Shown in pieces: positions 38,415 to 47,429 of a stretch of DNA of 47,429 bases. The position numbers were made by a program, and so were the translations under genes. The stretch is from Methanothrix sp. (GTDB lineage: Archaea > Halobacteriota > Methanosarcinia > Methanotrichales > Methanotrichaceae), in the NCBI GenBank assembly GCA_040770465.1, contig JAXGJB010000015.1:1-47429 (forward strand). The letters run 5' to 3'. The notes under the pieces are model-generated. The model did not search any database, was not told the origin of the DNA, and worked only from the letters and a program-made list of their open reading frames with translations. How positions within the stretch are numbered: position 1 is the stretch's first letter; each line of letters opens with the position of its first letter.

Positions 38415-38676
38415 TTCCCTTCTGAAAGCGAGTCTGATGGAGATTGGACGAGCCAGTCCGGTCCGGGCAGGAACTGCCATCGCCATCAGAGTCCAGATCC
38501 GGTATGCTCCTCACGGTCGGAGGCGTCTGATAGGAGACCATTATGATGACGGATCGATGCTCCGCCACCCCCATTTTCTTCTGCTCCCCCAGACAAGTTG
38601 CCATATGCATCCCATCGAGGGAGACGTTTCAATAGGTTTATAAACCAACGGCGATACGCCCATCTGGGGTGATAGA

Positions 38677-39078
38677 TTGTCGGATGGGCACTTTAAAGCT
38701 TCAATGGTGATGGCTGCGGCTCTGGTCTTGATCGGCTTCGGACCCCTGGCCGCAGCGTCGGGATTCTACAACGTTGGATACGGCTCCCTTGCCTGGCCTT
38801 CGATGAACGCCGGCACCACCGAGGGGGCCGTTCAGCTGAGCAGCATCTATGGCGGCTACAACAGCATAGCGAGTTCAACGGTGCCGGGAGTTTCGGTGAT
38901 GCGGCTCGGAAGCTACGGCTACAACACCAGCAACGCCTCGGCGGCTCCGACCACGGGGATACTGCAGCTCAGCGGTTATTACGGGAATATGGGAAGCTAT
39001 ACGAACATGTACTTCACACCGATCCTCGGCGGCACCTTCGGCGGCGCCGGTAGCGGTGGCTGCGCCAGCTGCGGCTGA
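38677..39078 (+). CDS. Small secreted Gly/Ser/Tyr-rich protein with C-terminal GGCASCG
   Basis: TTTATAAA box near 38637, GGGGTGA RBS, signal peptide, three degenerate repeats, terminator downstream. Confidence 0.75.
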   Translation: MSDGHFKASMVMAAALVLIGFGPLAAASGFYNVGYGSLAWPSMNAGTTEGAVQLSSIYGGYNSIASSTVPGVSVMRLGSYGYNTSNASAAPTTGILQLSGYYGNMGSYTNMYFTPILGGTFGGAGSGGCASCG

Positions 39079-39088
39079 TCCCCCATCA

Positions 39089-39119
39089 GCTCGAGGGATT
39101 TTCTCTTTTTTTATCGAGC
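39089..39119 (+). terminator. Oligo-T terminator inside a GCTCGA/TCGAGC inverted repeat
   Basis: GCTCGAGGGATTTTCTCTTTTTTTATCGAGC immediately after the stop at 39078, between convergent genes. Confidence 0.55.
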
Positions 39120-39171
39120 AGTTACGATCGGACGGAATATGAGCGTCAGGCATCCCCTGCCAGAGGCGGCC

Positions 39172-40149
39172 TCACATCCACCGGTATCGACGAATTACCT
39201 CGGGCCGCAGGTCATAGAGGAGGCTGTTTTCGACATAGCCGAAGAATAGGCAGCCTTCGCATTCCCGGACGGCCTTATTCCGCAACTCCATCGAGGACTC
39301 CCAGACTCTGGCGATGCCCTGGGATACGGAGCCGAGATCCTCTTTCTTGACCCTGCAGATCTGGATCGTCCCGTCAGAGGCTACGGGGAGGACGATCTGG
39401 GGTGCGTGACACCTGAACTCGGGCTTCTGGTCCCGGACCATCTTGAGGTAGGTGACGGAGTTGATGATGGGGCTCTTTCCCCTCTTCATCTCGATGAGCC
39501 GGTCGAGGGATCGCCTGTACTCGGGAAGGTCAGCGTCCCTGATCCCCATATCGTCCCAGAAGTCCCCCTCGATCCCGGCAGTCTTGTGGAGAGGCTCAAA
39601 GGAGATGAGAGCGCCGAGCCTCTCGGCGAGACCGACCAGGTCGGCAAGCTCGGCGAGGTTTTTTCTGCTGATGACGCAGTTTATCAGGACCTGGTGGCCC
39701 GCCTCCCGGGCGGCCCTGATACCCTCCAGGACGGGCTCAATGGGCGCGCCACGGATCTCCCGATACGAGTCGATCCCGTCGAGGGATACGGAGAGGAGGT
39801 CGAGGTCGGAGAGCTCGCCGACCCGTTGGGAGAGGAGGTGGCCGTTGGTGATGAGGGATGTGACCATCCCCAGGGACCTGGCGTGGCGGAGGATCGCGGG
39901 AAGGTCGCGCCTCAGGAGGGGCTCTGCAGTCCAGGCGTTGTAGACCCCGATCCCGAAGCTTTTCGCGTCGTCGAGCATCGCGAATATCTCGTCAGAGGTC
40001 ATCTGGGGGCCGGGAGATCGCCAGTACTCGCAGAAGGGGCAACGGAGGTTGCAGCGGGCGTTGATCCCGTGGGATAGGACGAAGGGCCTCTTTCTAAGCC
40101 TCATATGGACCAGGGCCGAAAGGGCGATCTTCGGATTGAAGGTTGTCAT
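39172..40149 (-). CDS. Radical SAM protein with Cys-containing C-terminal (SPASM/twitch-like) extension
   Basis: CNLRCPFC, EPLLRRDL, ITNG and VSLDG; C-terminal FRCHA...DGTIQIC...ECEGC. Confidence 0.88.
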   Translation of the reverse strand: MTTFNPKIALSALVHMRLRKRPFVLSHGINARCNLRCPFCEYWRSPGPQMTSDEIFAMLDDAKSFGIGVYNAWTAEPLLRRDLPAILRHARSLGMVTSLITNGHLLSQRVGELSDLDLLSVSLDGIDSYREIRGAPIEPVLEGIRAAREAGHQVLINCVISRKNLAELADLVGLAERLGALISFEPLHKTAGIEGDFWDDMGIRDADLPEYRRSLDRLIEMKRGKSPIINSVTYLKMVRDQKPEFRCHAPQIVLPVASDGTIQICRVKKEDLGSVSQGIARVWESSMELRNKAVRECEGCLFFGYVENSLLYDLRPEVIRRYRWM

Positions 40150-40180
40150 GTCCGTCGGAGGAGCCGCCGTCTTCGGCCCC

Positions 40181-41464
40181 TCATCTCAGAAGCCTCGCCG
40201 GAACGATCTGACCGGAGAGGAAGACGCTCCTGTCCTCGCCCCGGCGGATCAGCTCTGCGGAGCCTCCGTTCACCAGGACCTCGGGGCACCGGGGCTGGCC
40301 GTTGTAGACTGAGGCCATGGAGAAGCCGTAGGCTCCGGCATCGAGCATCGCGACGATGTCGCCCCTCTCGACCTTTGGGAGGTCGCGATCCCTCGCCAGG
40401 ACGTCGCCGCTCTCGCAGATCGGGCCGACGACGGTGTACTTCTCCTCGGCCGTCCGGCCTGCCTTGTTGGCGACGACGGCGTGGTGGTAGGCGTCGTATA
40501 GCATCGGCCTTGCCAGGAGGTTGAACCCGGCGTCGACGCCGACGAAGTTGACGTGGGCCCTCTTGACGACGTTCACCTTTGTGAGGAAGATGGTGGTATC
40601 TGCGACGATGCTCCGCCCCGGCTCCAGGATCATCCTCGGTTTTATCCCGAGCCTGCGGCACCCCTCCACGAAGACCGGCAATATCCCCGCCGCCAGGTCC
40701 GAAGGGGTCGGGGCGTGGGTCTCGGGGGTGTAGGGTATGCCGAGGCCACCGCCGAAGTCCATCATCTCGATCGTCCCACCGATATCGACGATCTGGCGTG
40801 CCAGGTCCATCATCTTGGCCGCGGCATCGACGAAGGGGGAGACGTCCAGGATCTGAGAGCCGATGTGGCAGTGAAGGCCTATGGGCTTCACGCCGTCGAG
40901 GCTCATGGCGGTTCTGTAGACGTCGGCGATCTCCCGCCAGGGGATTCCGAACTTTGAGGTCCGCAGGCCGGTGGCGATCTTGGGATGGGTCTCTGCGGAG
41001 ACGTCGGGGTTGACCCGGAAGGCCACCTCCGCCTCCTCGCCCATCTCGGATGCGACCTCGGCGAGGGCCAGAAGCTCATCTTTTGAGTCGGCGGAGACCC
41101 GGACCCCGGCCTCGACTGCCAGCTCCAGCTCTTCGGTCCGCTTGGAGTTGCCGTTGAAGAGTATCTTCTCCATCGGCATCCCCGCCATCCGCACAAGAGA
41201 GAGCTCCCCGGCGGAGAAGACGTCGGCTCCCATCCCCTCTTCCGCCAGAATCCGGAGGATGGCCAGGTTACCGTTCGCCTTCACCGCGAAGTAGATGTGG
41301 GCGTCGGGGAAGGCCTCTCGATAGCGCCTCACGTTCTCCCGCAGCCTCTGCTCGCTCGTAACGTAAAGGGGCGTTCCGAACTTCTCGGCGAGGTCGACGA
41401 CGTCGACCCCGTCGATGGTGAGGTGGCCGCCCTCAGCCCTCAGGTGATCCTTCGTCCCGAACAT
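40181..41464 (-). CDS. lysA: Diaminopimelate decarboxylase
   Basis: FGTPLYV, FAVKAN (PLP lysine), HCHIGSQI, GGGLG, EPGR, VGPICESGD and AGAYG. Start at ATG 41464. Confidence 0.95.
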   Translation of the reverse strand: MFGTKDHLRAEGGHLTIDGVDVVDLAEKFGTPLYVTSEQRLRENVRRYREAFPDAHIYFAVKANGNLAILRILAEEGMGADVFSAGELSLVRMAGMPMEKILFNGNSKRTEELELAVEAGVRVSADSKDELLALAEVASEMGEEAEVAFRVNPDVSAETHPKIATGLRTSKFGIPWREIADVYRTAMSLDGVKPIGLHCHIGSQILDVSPFVDAAAKMMDLARQIVDIGGTIEMMDFGGGLGIPYTPETHAPTPSDLAAGILPVFVEGCRRLGIKPRMILEPGRSIVADTTIFLTKVNVVKRAHVNFVGVDAGFNLLARPMLYDAYHHAVVANKAGRTAEEKYTVVGPICESGDVLARDRDLPKVERGDIVAMLDAGAYGFSMASVYNGQPRCPEVLVNGGSAELIRRGEDRSVFLSGQIVPARLLR

Positions 41465-41519
41465 AGATCTGAATGTTGGGGCTGGGGCGGTAAAATCTTT
41501 TTCGTGGAGACCGGGAGGA

Positions 41520-41975
41520 TCAGACCTCGTCTCGGCTTCCCGCCATCTGACAGACCTCGACCCCCGCCTGCTCCAGAAACCGCAGCGCCTCGTCGTCGGG
41601 GTAGGGGTTTCCGTAGACGACCCTTTTGATCTGAGAGTTGATGATGATCTTGGCGCAGAGGATGCAGGGCTGGTGGGTGCAGTAGAGGGTGGCATCGCTG
41701 GTGCCGACCCCGTGGATTGCGGCCTGGATGATGGCGTTCTGCTCGGCGTGGACGGCGCGGCATAGCTCGTGGCGGTACCCGCTCTCGACCTTCTCTCGCG
41801 GGCAGCCGACCTCAAGACAGTGGGGAAGGCCCGTCGGAGCGCCGTTGTACCCGGTGGATAGGATTCTCTTGTCCCTCACCAGGACGGCTCCGACCTGGTG
41901 GCGGAGACAGGTGGACCTTGTCGCCACAACCTTTGCGATCTCCATGAAGTACTCGTCGAGGGAAGGCCTTTCCAT
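41520..41975 (-). CDS. dCMP deaminase family (ComEB-like) Zn-dependent deaminase
   Basis: RPSLDEYFM, RSTCLRHQVGA, GYNG, HAEQNA and PCILC. Confidence 0.92.
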   Translation of the reverse strand: MERPSLDEYFMEIAKVVATRSTCLRHQVGAVLVRDKRILSTGYNGAPTGLPHCLEVGCPREKVESGYRHELCRAVHAEQNAIIQAAIHGVGTSDATLYCTHQPCILCAKIIINSQIKRVVYGNPYPDDEALRFLEQAGVEVCQMAGSRDEV

Positions 41976-42077
41976 GGTCACGCCTCAGAACCGATCCGAT
42001 ATCTCTTTTTCCGTTCTCCTCTCATGGACGACAGAGGGCGGAAAGTTAATATCACCTTCTGCATCGATGGTGAGCCC

Positions 42078-43571
42078 ATGACGATTCACTGGGCCGACGT
42101 GGCTGCGGAGAAGCTGGCAGGCCGGGGCCCGCAGACGGTGGCGACCGGGATCACCCCTTCCGGCCAGATCCACCTGGGGAACATGCGGGAGGTCATGACC
42201 GCCGACGCCGTCTATCGGGCGCTCCTCGATCGAGGCGTGGAGGCCCGCCTCATCTACATCGCCGACTCCTACGACCCCCTCCGGAGGCTCTACCCCTTCC
42301 TTCCCAAGAGCTTCGAGGAGCATGTGGGTAAACCCCTCTCCGAGATCCCCTGCCCCGAAGGCTGCTGCAACAGCTACGCAGACCACTTCCTCCTCCCCTT
42401 CTTCGACTCCCTGGAGAGGCTGGGGATCAGGCCCGAGGTCCACCGGGCGGACAGGATGTACAAAGAAGGGCTCTACGTCGACGCCATCAAGACGGCTCTC
42501 TCGAAGAGGGGCGAGATCGCGCGGATCCTCAAAGAGGTCTCGGGAAGGGACCTTCCCGCCGACTGGTGCCCCCTGGACGCCATCTGCGAGGAGTGTGGAA
42601 GGTTGAACTCCACCAGGGTTGTCGGCTTCGACCTCGAAAGGGAGACCGCCGACTACGTCTGCAAATGCGGCCATCAGGGAACCATCAGCTTCCGGGGCGG
42701 AGGAAAGCTCGCCTGGAGGGTAGACTGGCCCGCCCGATGGTCGATCCTCAATGTCACCATGGAGCCCTTCGGAAAAGATCACGCCACCGCCGGAGGATCT
42801 TACGACACCGGCAAGAGGATCTCCGAGGAGGTCTACGGCCGCCCCGCCCCCTACCCCGTCGTCTACGAGTGGATCCACCTGAAGGGAAAGGGGGCGATGC
42901 ACTCCTCTACGGGGATCGTGGTGACGATAAGGGACATGCTGGACGTCGTCCCGCCGGAGGTCCTCCGCTACCTTATCATCAGGACGAAGCCCGAAAAGCA
43001 CATCGAGTTTGATCCCGGCCTTCCCCTCCTCACCCTCATCGAGGAGTACGACCGCCGGGCCGGGGAGGAGAGGGCTCTTGAGCTCTCTCGGGTCGGGGAG
43101 GAAGAGCCGTCCTCCATACCATACCGGCACATGGTGACGGCGGTCCAGATCTCCGGGGGCGACCAAAAGCAGCTGATGACAGTCCTGGAAAGAAGCGGCT
43201 ACGACACCTCAAAGAGGGAAGAGATCCTCTCCCGGGCCGCCAACGTCAGGGCCTGGCTCGACCGGTATGCGCCCCCCTTCGTCAAGTTCCAGCTCCAGGA
43301 TACCCTCCCAGCCAAGATCAAGAACGTCGACCCCGAGCTGAGGGAGGCCCTCGGCGTCCTCGCAGGAAGGATCGAAGGGAAGAGCGCCGAGGATATCCAC
43401 AACGAGGTCTACGCCGTAGCCGAGGAGAGGGGGATCGACGCGAAGAAGCTCTTCGGTGCGATCTACATCGCCTTCCTGGGGCAGAAGCAGGGGCCGAAGG
43501 TCGGCTGGTTTTTGGCGAGCCTCGACGACCGGTTCGTAAAGGATAGGCTCAAGGAGGCCTCAGCCGATTAG
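42078..43571 (+). CDS. lysS: Lysine--tRNA ligase, class I
   Basis: HWAD, GITPSGQIHLGN (HIGH), GKLAWRVDWPARW, EPFGKDH and AMHSSTG (KMSKS-equivalent). GGTGA RBS before ATG 42078. Confidence 0.96.
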   Translation: MTIHWADVAAEKLAGRGPQTVATGITPSGQIHLGNMREVMTADAVYRALLDRGVEARLIYIADSYDPLRRLYPFLPKSFEEHVGKPLSEIPCPEGCCNSYADHFLLPFFDSLERLGIRPEVHRADRMYKEGLYVDAIKTALSKRGEIARILKEVSGRDLPADWCPLDAICEECGRLNSTRVVGFDLERETADYVCKCGHQGTISFRGGGKLAWRVDWPARWSILNVTMEPFGKDHATAGGSYDTGKRISEEVYGRPAPYPVVYEWIHLKGKGAMHSSTGIVVTIRDMLDVVPPEVLRYLIIRTKPEKHIEFDPGLPLLTLIEEYDRRAGEERALELSRVGEEEPSSIPYRHMVTAVQISGGDQKQLMTVLERSGYDTSKREEILSRAANVRAWLDRYAPPFVKFQLQDTLPAKIKNVDPELREALGVLAGRIEGKSAEDIHNEVYAVAEERGIDAKKLFGAIYIAFLGQKQGPKVGWFLASLDDRFVKDRLKEASAD

Positions 43572-43634
43572 GGTATCGCTAGATTGGGGCTTGAGAGTCG
43601 ATTAGACGGATGGTGAAAAGAGCGGGGGAGAAGG

Positions 43635-44081
43635 TTGAACGAGAAAGTCTCCGTCTACCTGGCTGGCCCCCTCTTCAGCAGGGGCGAGATCGAATGGGCC
43701 AGATCTCTAAAACGTGAGATCGAGGCGGCCCTGGGGGAGAGGATTGAGATCCTCTGGCCCTTCGAGATCGCGTCGGGGTCGAAAGAGGAGATCTTCGAGA
43801 CGAACCTGGCAGCCCTTCGGCGGTCCCCCCTGATGGTGGCGATCCTGGACGGCCCCCAGGTCGACGACGGGACCGCCTGGGAGGTGGGGTGCCACTACGC
43901 CCTCTTCGGCAAGAGGACGATCGGGATCAGGACCGATTCGAGGAAGGCCGGCGAGACCCCTGAGTCGAAGGTGAACCTGATGGTCGAGGTATCCTGCCGG
44001 GCTGTGGTGGAGGACGTCGCTGGGCTCCTCCGGGAGCTGGAAGCCGCCCTGGCGGAGATCGCGCCGATCGCTGAAGGCTGA
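43635..44081 (+). CDS. Nucleoside 2-deoxyribosyltransferase / nucleotide N-glycosidase family
   Basis: VYLAGPLFS, DGPQVDDGTAWEVG (catalytic Glu) and NLMV. Confidence 0.87.
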   Translation: MNEKVSVYLAGPLFSRGEIEWARSLKREIEAALGERIEILWPFEIASGSKEEIFETNLAALRRSPLMVAILDGPQVDDGTAWEVGCHYALFGKRTIGIRTDSRKAGETPESKVNLMVEVSCRAVVEDVAGLLRELEAALAEIAPIAEG

Positions 44082-44091
44082 GAACGAAGAG

Positions 44092-44874
44092 ATGGTGAGG
44101 TCAACCCCGATATTGAACGAGCCCCTCATCCTGGTGGAGGGGAGGCTGAGAGTGCTGGTGGCTGCCGACCTTCACATAGGAATCGAGCATCAGCTCTGGC
44201 TGGGGGGAGCGAGCGTCCCCAGCCAGACAAAGAAGATGCTGGAAGCTCTGATGGCCGAGGTTGAGGAGATCAGACCCGACCGGCTCATCCTTCTTGGGGA
44301 CGTAAAGCACAACCTGCCGTGGACCAGCTTTCAGGAGAAGAGCGAAGTCCCCTCATTTCTGAGATCCCTCTCCGAGATCGTCGAGGTCGAGGTGGTGGCG
44401 GGAAACCACGACATCGGCCTCTCCGACCTCGCCCCACCCGATGTCGCCATCCACCCGGCGACGGGTCTCGTCCTCGACGGCGTCGGCTATTTTCACGGCC
44501 ACACCTGGCCGAGCCCTGAGATATTCGAGGCGGAGGAGGTCGTGGCATCCCACCTCCATCCTGCGGTCAGGCTCGCCGACCGGCTCGGCTCCGCCCCTCC
44601 CGAGAGGGCCTGGGTCAGAACGCAGCTCTCCAAGGAGGGGCTGAGGCAGGAGTACGGCCGAGACCTCCAAAACCCCGAGATGACGATCGTTCCCGCCTAC
44701 AACCCACTCTGCGGAGGCTACCCCCTCGACTCCGCCACTCGGGAGGATCGAGGTCCCCTCCCCAGGATGGCTCGCCTCGACCGGGCCCGGATCTACCTTC
44801 TGGACGGAACCGACCTCGGAAGGCTCGACCGAATAAGGAGCCTCCAGGCCGAGAGGACGAAACAAGCCCGCTGA
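44092..44874 (+). CDS. Calcineurin-like metallophosphoesterase (archaeal ICC-like)
   Basis: ADLHIG, LGDVKH, GNHD, FHGH and SHLHP. Confidence 0.9.
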   Translation: MVRSTPILNEPLILVEGRLRVLVAADLHIGIEHQLWLGGASVPSQTKKMLEALMAEVEEIRPDRLILLGDVKHNLPWTSFQEKSEVPSFLRSLSEIVEVEVVAGNHDIGLSDLAPPDVAIHPATGLVLDGVGYFHGHTWPSPEIFEAEEVVASHLHPAVRLADRLGSAPPERAWVRTQLSKEGLRQEYGRDLQNPEMTIVPAYNPLCGGYPLDSATREDRGPLPRMARLDRARIYLLDGTDLGRLDRIRSLQAERTKQAR

Positions 44875-44909
44875 AAACGGTTAAATCTCCAGCGGGCTCT
44901 GAACAGCTC

Positions 44910-45455
44910 ATGGAAGATAGAGAGAGGCTTCTGGAGCTTTTGAGGAAGAGGGCCCTCCGGGTGGGGCGGATCGTCCTCTCCTCAGGGAAGGTGAGCGACT
45001 ACTACGTCGACGCCAGGGAGGTGGTCCTCCACCCTGAGGGGGCTTACCTCACGGGAAGGCTCCTCCTCGATATGATCGATCCCGAGGCTGTCGCCGTCGC
45101 CGGGATGACCCTCGGCGCAGACCCCATCGTGACCTCGATATCCGTCGTCGGCCACCTCCAGGGAAGAGAGCTATCCGCCCTGATCATAAGAAAGGAGCCT
45201 AAAAAGCACGGGACCGGGAAGTTCGTTGAGGGGCCGGCCCTTCCCGAGGGGTCGAAGGTGGCGGTCGTCGACGACGTCGTCACCACCGGATCGTCCCTTA
45301 TAAAGTCGATCGATCGGCTTCGGGCCGCGGGCTACGAGCCGGTCCAGGTCGTCGCCATCCTCGACCGGGAGGAGGGCGGAAGCGAGAGGCTCAAAGCCGC
45401 AGGATACAGCCTCTCGTCGATATTCACCAGGGCTGACCTTCTGGCCAAAAAATGA
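44910..45455 (+). CDS. pyrE: Orotate phosphoribosyltransferase
   Basis: LSSGKVSDYYVD, IRKEPKKHG and PRPP motif VVDDVVTTGSS. Confidence 0.95.
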   Translation: MEDRERLLELLRKRALRVGRIVLSSGKVSDYYVDAREVVLHPEGAYLTGRLLLDMIDPEAVAVAGMTLGADPIVTSISVVGHLQGRELSALIIRKEPKKHGTGKFVEGPALPEGSKVAVVDDVVTTGSSLIKSIDRLRAAGYEPVQVVAILDREEGGSERLKAAGYSLSSIFTRADLLAKK

Positions 45456-45471
45456 GGGGCTAGCTGAGTGG

Positions 45472-45846
45472 CTAGCTCACGTTCAGCTGTCTGCCCATTT
45501 TATCGCCGCAGACGATCTGGCGGGACCTGCCCTCATCGTCGATGTAAGTCACCGAGGAGGCTATGGCGAAAAGGCCCGGCCTCTCGCCCATGACCGGATA
45601 GTTGACAGATGCCGAACTTCCCGGCGTAATGCTCACCTGGTTGGCTCCAGGCTTCAAGACCGCGATCCCGTCAGGAGGCCTCGGATCGACGCTCACCTCC
45701 AGATCGGATTCGCCGGTGTTGGTGAGGCTGAGCATCACCAACACATCGTCCCCCACACCCGCTTGGTAGCGGTCGAGCTGCTGCTCTACGTGGATCCCCA
45801 CCACCGCGAAGACCAGCAGGACCGGCACCAATAGACACGCCTTCAT
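45472..45846 (-). CDS. Small secreted single Ig-like domain protein
   Basis: Hydrophobic N-terminus; VGDDVLVMLSLTNTG and ITPGSSASVNY resemble the Ig modules of 25661-30520. Confidence 0.7.
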   Translation of the reverse strand: MKACLLVPVLLVFAVVGIHVEQQLDRYQAGVGDDVLVMLSLTNTGESDLEVSVDPRPPDGIAVLKPGANQVSITPGSSASVNYPVMGERPGLFAIASSVTYIDDEGRSRQIVCGDKMGRQLNVS

Positions 45847-45990
45847 CAGGCTTCAGGTTGTGGCGGGTCGGCATTTAAAGGTAGCTTTCATATAAGAGCT
45901 ACGTGACACCTCCGCGCGCCCTTTTCGACCCGCGACGGGTGAGGATGGAACACAAAAATACTTATCGTGGCGAAGCCAGGAATACCTCCG

Positions 45991-47429
45991 ATGGACGTTT
46001 CGTACTCGGTCTGGCGCGAGGTCGCGGCGGAGAAGCTGGAGCTGGCCGGAGATAGCTTCTCATTCCTATTCGACCGGCGCTACTCGAACCGCCTGAACAG
46101 GATGAGCCGGGTCTTCTTCGAGGCTTATGCGAAGGCGACTTTTGAGGTCTCGGCCGAGGAGGACCGGTTCCCGAGCCTCAGCGAGATCGAGTCCAGGATG
46201 GAGAGCGGCGCCATCTACGCTTACAAGGACCGGCTGATGAGGTCCACGGGGTTCTTCGAGGAGGTTAAGATCTCGGGGATATCCTATCTCATCCCCAGGG
46301 CGAGGCGTTTCGTCGACGAGAGCGGCACCTATACGGACCTCATACTGAACCTCGAAGATGGAGAGGTCGCCCTCCCCAGGAGGGAGAAGCCTTCGGCAGT
46401 CGCGAAGGGCGAAGGGGCCGGGTCCGGGGCCGAGGATGAATCGACCTTTGAGCCGGAGCCGGAGGACGAATCCGATGAACTCTCGGACGCGGAACCTGAA
46501 ATCGTCGAGGCGTCCGGCATCGCAGAAGTGCCTATCGAAGAGGCCGAAAAAGTGGAGGCGGCTGATGCGGCCGGAGGGAACCCCGCCGAAGAGGCGGCCA
46601 TGGAGGCGGAAGGGGAGGTGCCCCCTCCAGAAGAGGAGGCGGCCCAGGCTTCATCGGAAACGGCCGAGACCCCAGCGGCGGAGATGGCGATCGAGGTGGA
46701 GGCGGAATCGGCCAGGATAGAGAAGCCCGCCGAGATCGATCGCGGGGCAAAAGAAAGGGCCGTTGGTGGGGAAGAGGGCAGCAAAGATGGTCCGATCGAG
46801 CCTCAAGAGGAGGAAGAGGCTGCAGCCCCCGTCGAGGCCCAAGAGCCGGAACCGGCGGCGGTGGAAGCTGCCGTTGAAACGGTGTCCACAGTCCCAGAGA
46901 TGGGATCGTTGGAGACTGGATCGAAGGCAGGCGAATCGGAACGAAAGCCAGGAGCCGCAAAAGATGCGGCTTTGCCGTCGAAGCACCATCATCACCATCC
47001 GCCCGAGCCGAAGGCCGGAAAGGGCCTCTCTCATTGGGGCGGTGCCTATAAGGGGCCGATCCTGGCCCTGGCTGGAGTCGCCCTCATACTTCTGGCTGCC
47101 TTCTTATTTTGGTCGCCCCAGGGCCCGGAGACACCAGCTACGCCGTCGGATTTTGTCAGCTATTCTGCGTACCTTTCCAACGCCTCTGGAATTACGTACC
47201 TCAACTTAGACGTCGAAAACCCCAAGGGGCTCGAGAGCGAAGTTGAACTGGTCCTCCCGCCGGACGTGGACAGGAGCATCAGCGCCACTGGTGGGATCGT
47301 CACCATATCCTACACCACCAACACCGTCATCAAGCTCAACTCCAGCAGCAACGCCAGCGTCTCGGTAGCCCTCGCCGACGAGTACATCCTGGTCCCCGTC
47401 ACCTTCAACCTGGCGATTCCGACGGAGTA
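45991..47429 (+). CDS. Single-pass membrane protein, partial (runs off the window and is absent from the ORF track)
   Basis: Open frame from ATG 45991 (MDVSYSVWREVAAEKL...): globular N-domain, long Glu/Ala/Pro-rich region, HHHHH, TM segment PILALAGVALILLAAFLFW, then a beta-rich external domain with NxS sequons. Confidence 0.8.
   Translation, partial: MDVSYSVWREVAAEKLELAGDSFSFLFDRRYSNRLNRMSRVFFEAYAKATFEVSAEEDRFPSLSEIESRMESGAIYAYKDRLMRSTGFFEEVKISGISYLIPRARRFVDESGTYTDLILNLEDGEVALPRREKPSAVAKGEGAGSGAEDESTFEPEPEDESDELSDAEPEIVEASGIAEVPIEEAEKVEAADAAGGNPAEEAAMEAEGEVPPPEEEAAQASSETAETPAAEMAIEVEAESARIEKPAEIDRGAKERAVGGEEGSKDGPIEPQEEEEAAAPVEAQEPEPAAVEAAVETVSTVPEMGSLETGSKAGESERKPGAAKDAALPSKHHHHHPPEPKAGKGLSHWGGAYKGPILALAGVALILLAAFLFWSPQGPETPATPSDFVSYSAYLSNASGITYLNLDVENPKGLESEVELVLPPDVDRSISATGGIVTISYTTNTVIKLNSSSNASVSVALADEYILVPVTFNLAIPTE

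Noticed and set aside
41465-42077. N-terminal extensions of lysA (to 41815) and lysS (from 41898) in the ORF track
   Set aside because: Both extensions overlap the dCMP deaminase gene. Family homology begins at 41464 and 42078.

Overview
GC-rich archaeal chromosomal segment, most consistent with a Methanotrichaceae (Methanothrix/Methanosaeta harundinacea-like) methanogen. This assignment is inferred from class I LysRS, rpS8e, TATA boxes, GGTGA-type ribosome binding sites, Methanosarcinales-type beta-propeller surface proteins and a Methanosarcina-like NifH. Housekeeping content: ribBA, hsp20, a CopB-type ATPase, amtB-glnK, tRNA-Leu(TAA), pdxST, a DRG GTPase, rps8e, lysA, a dCMP deaminase, lysS and pyrE. 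There are four very large secreted or surface proteins. Two visibly AT-richer accessory blocks stand out: ~200-2400 (CPBP protease plus a frameshifted MFS) and ~4700-12360 (truncated subtilase paralog, S8 subtilase, NosD-type beta-helix protein). The most notable observations are: (1) an orphan, truncated nitrogenase-type nifH next to the amtB-glnK locus; (2) tandem TCGGA-N7-TCCGA palindromes 32 bp apart at the amtB promoter, resembling a variant NrpR operator pair or a structured leader; (3) a bacterial-type fused RibBA; (4) a small secreted repeat protein ending GGAGSGGCASCG, convergent with an uncharacterised radical SAM enzyme; (5) a pdxT gene with no canonical start codon at the expected position. 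No CRISPR array, rRNA, transposase or integrase was seen. All calls come from reading motifs by eye; no searches were run.
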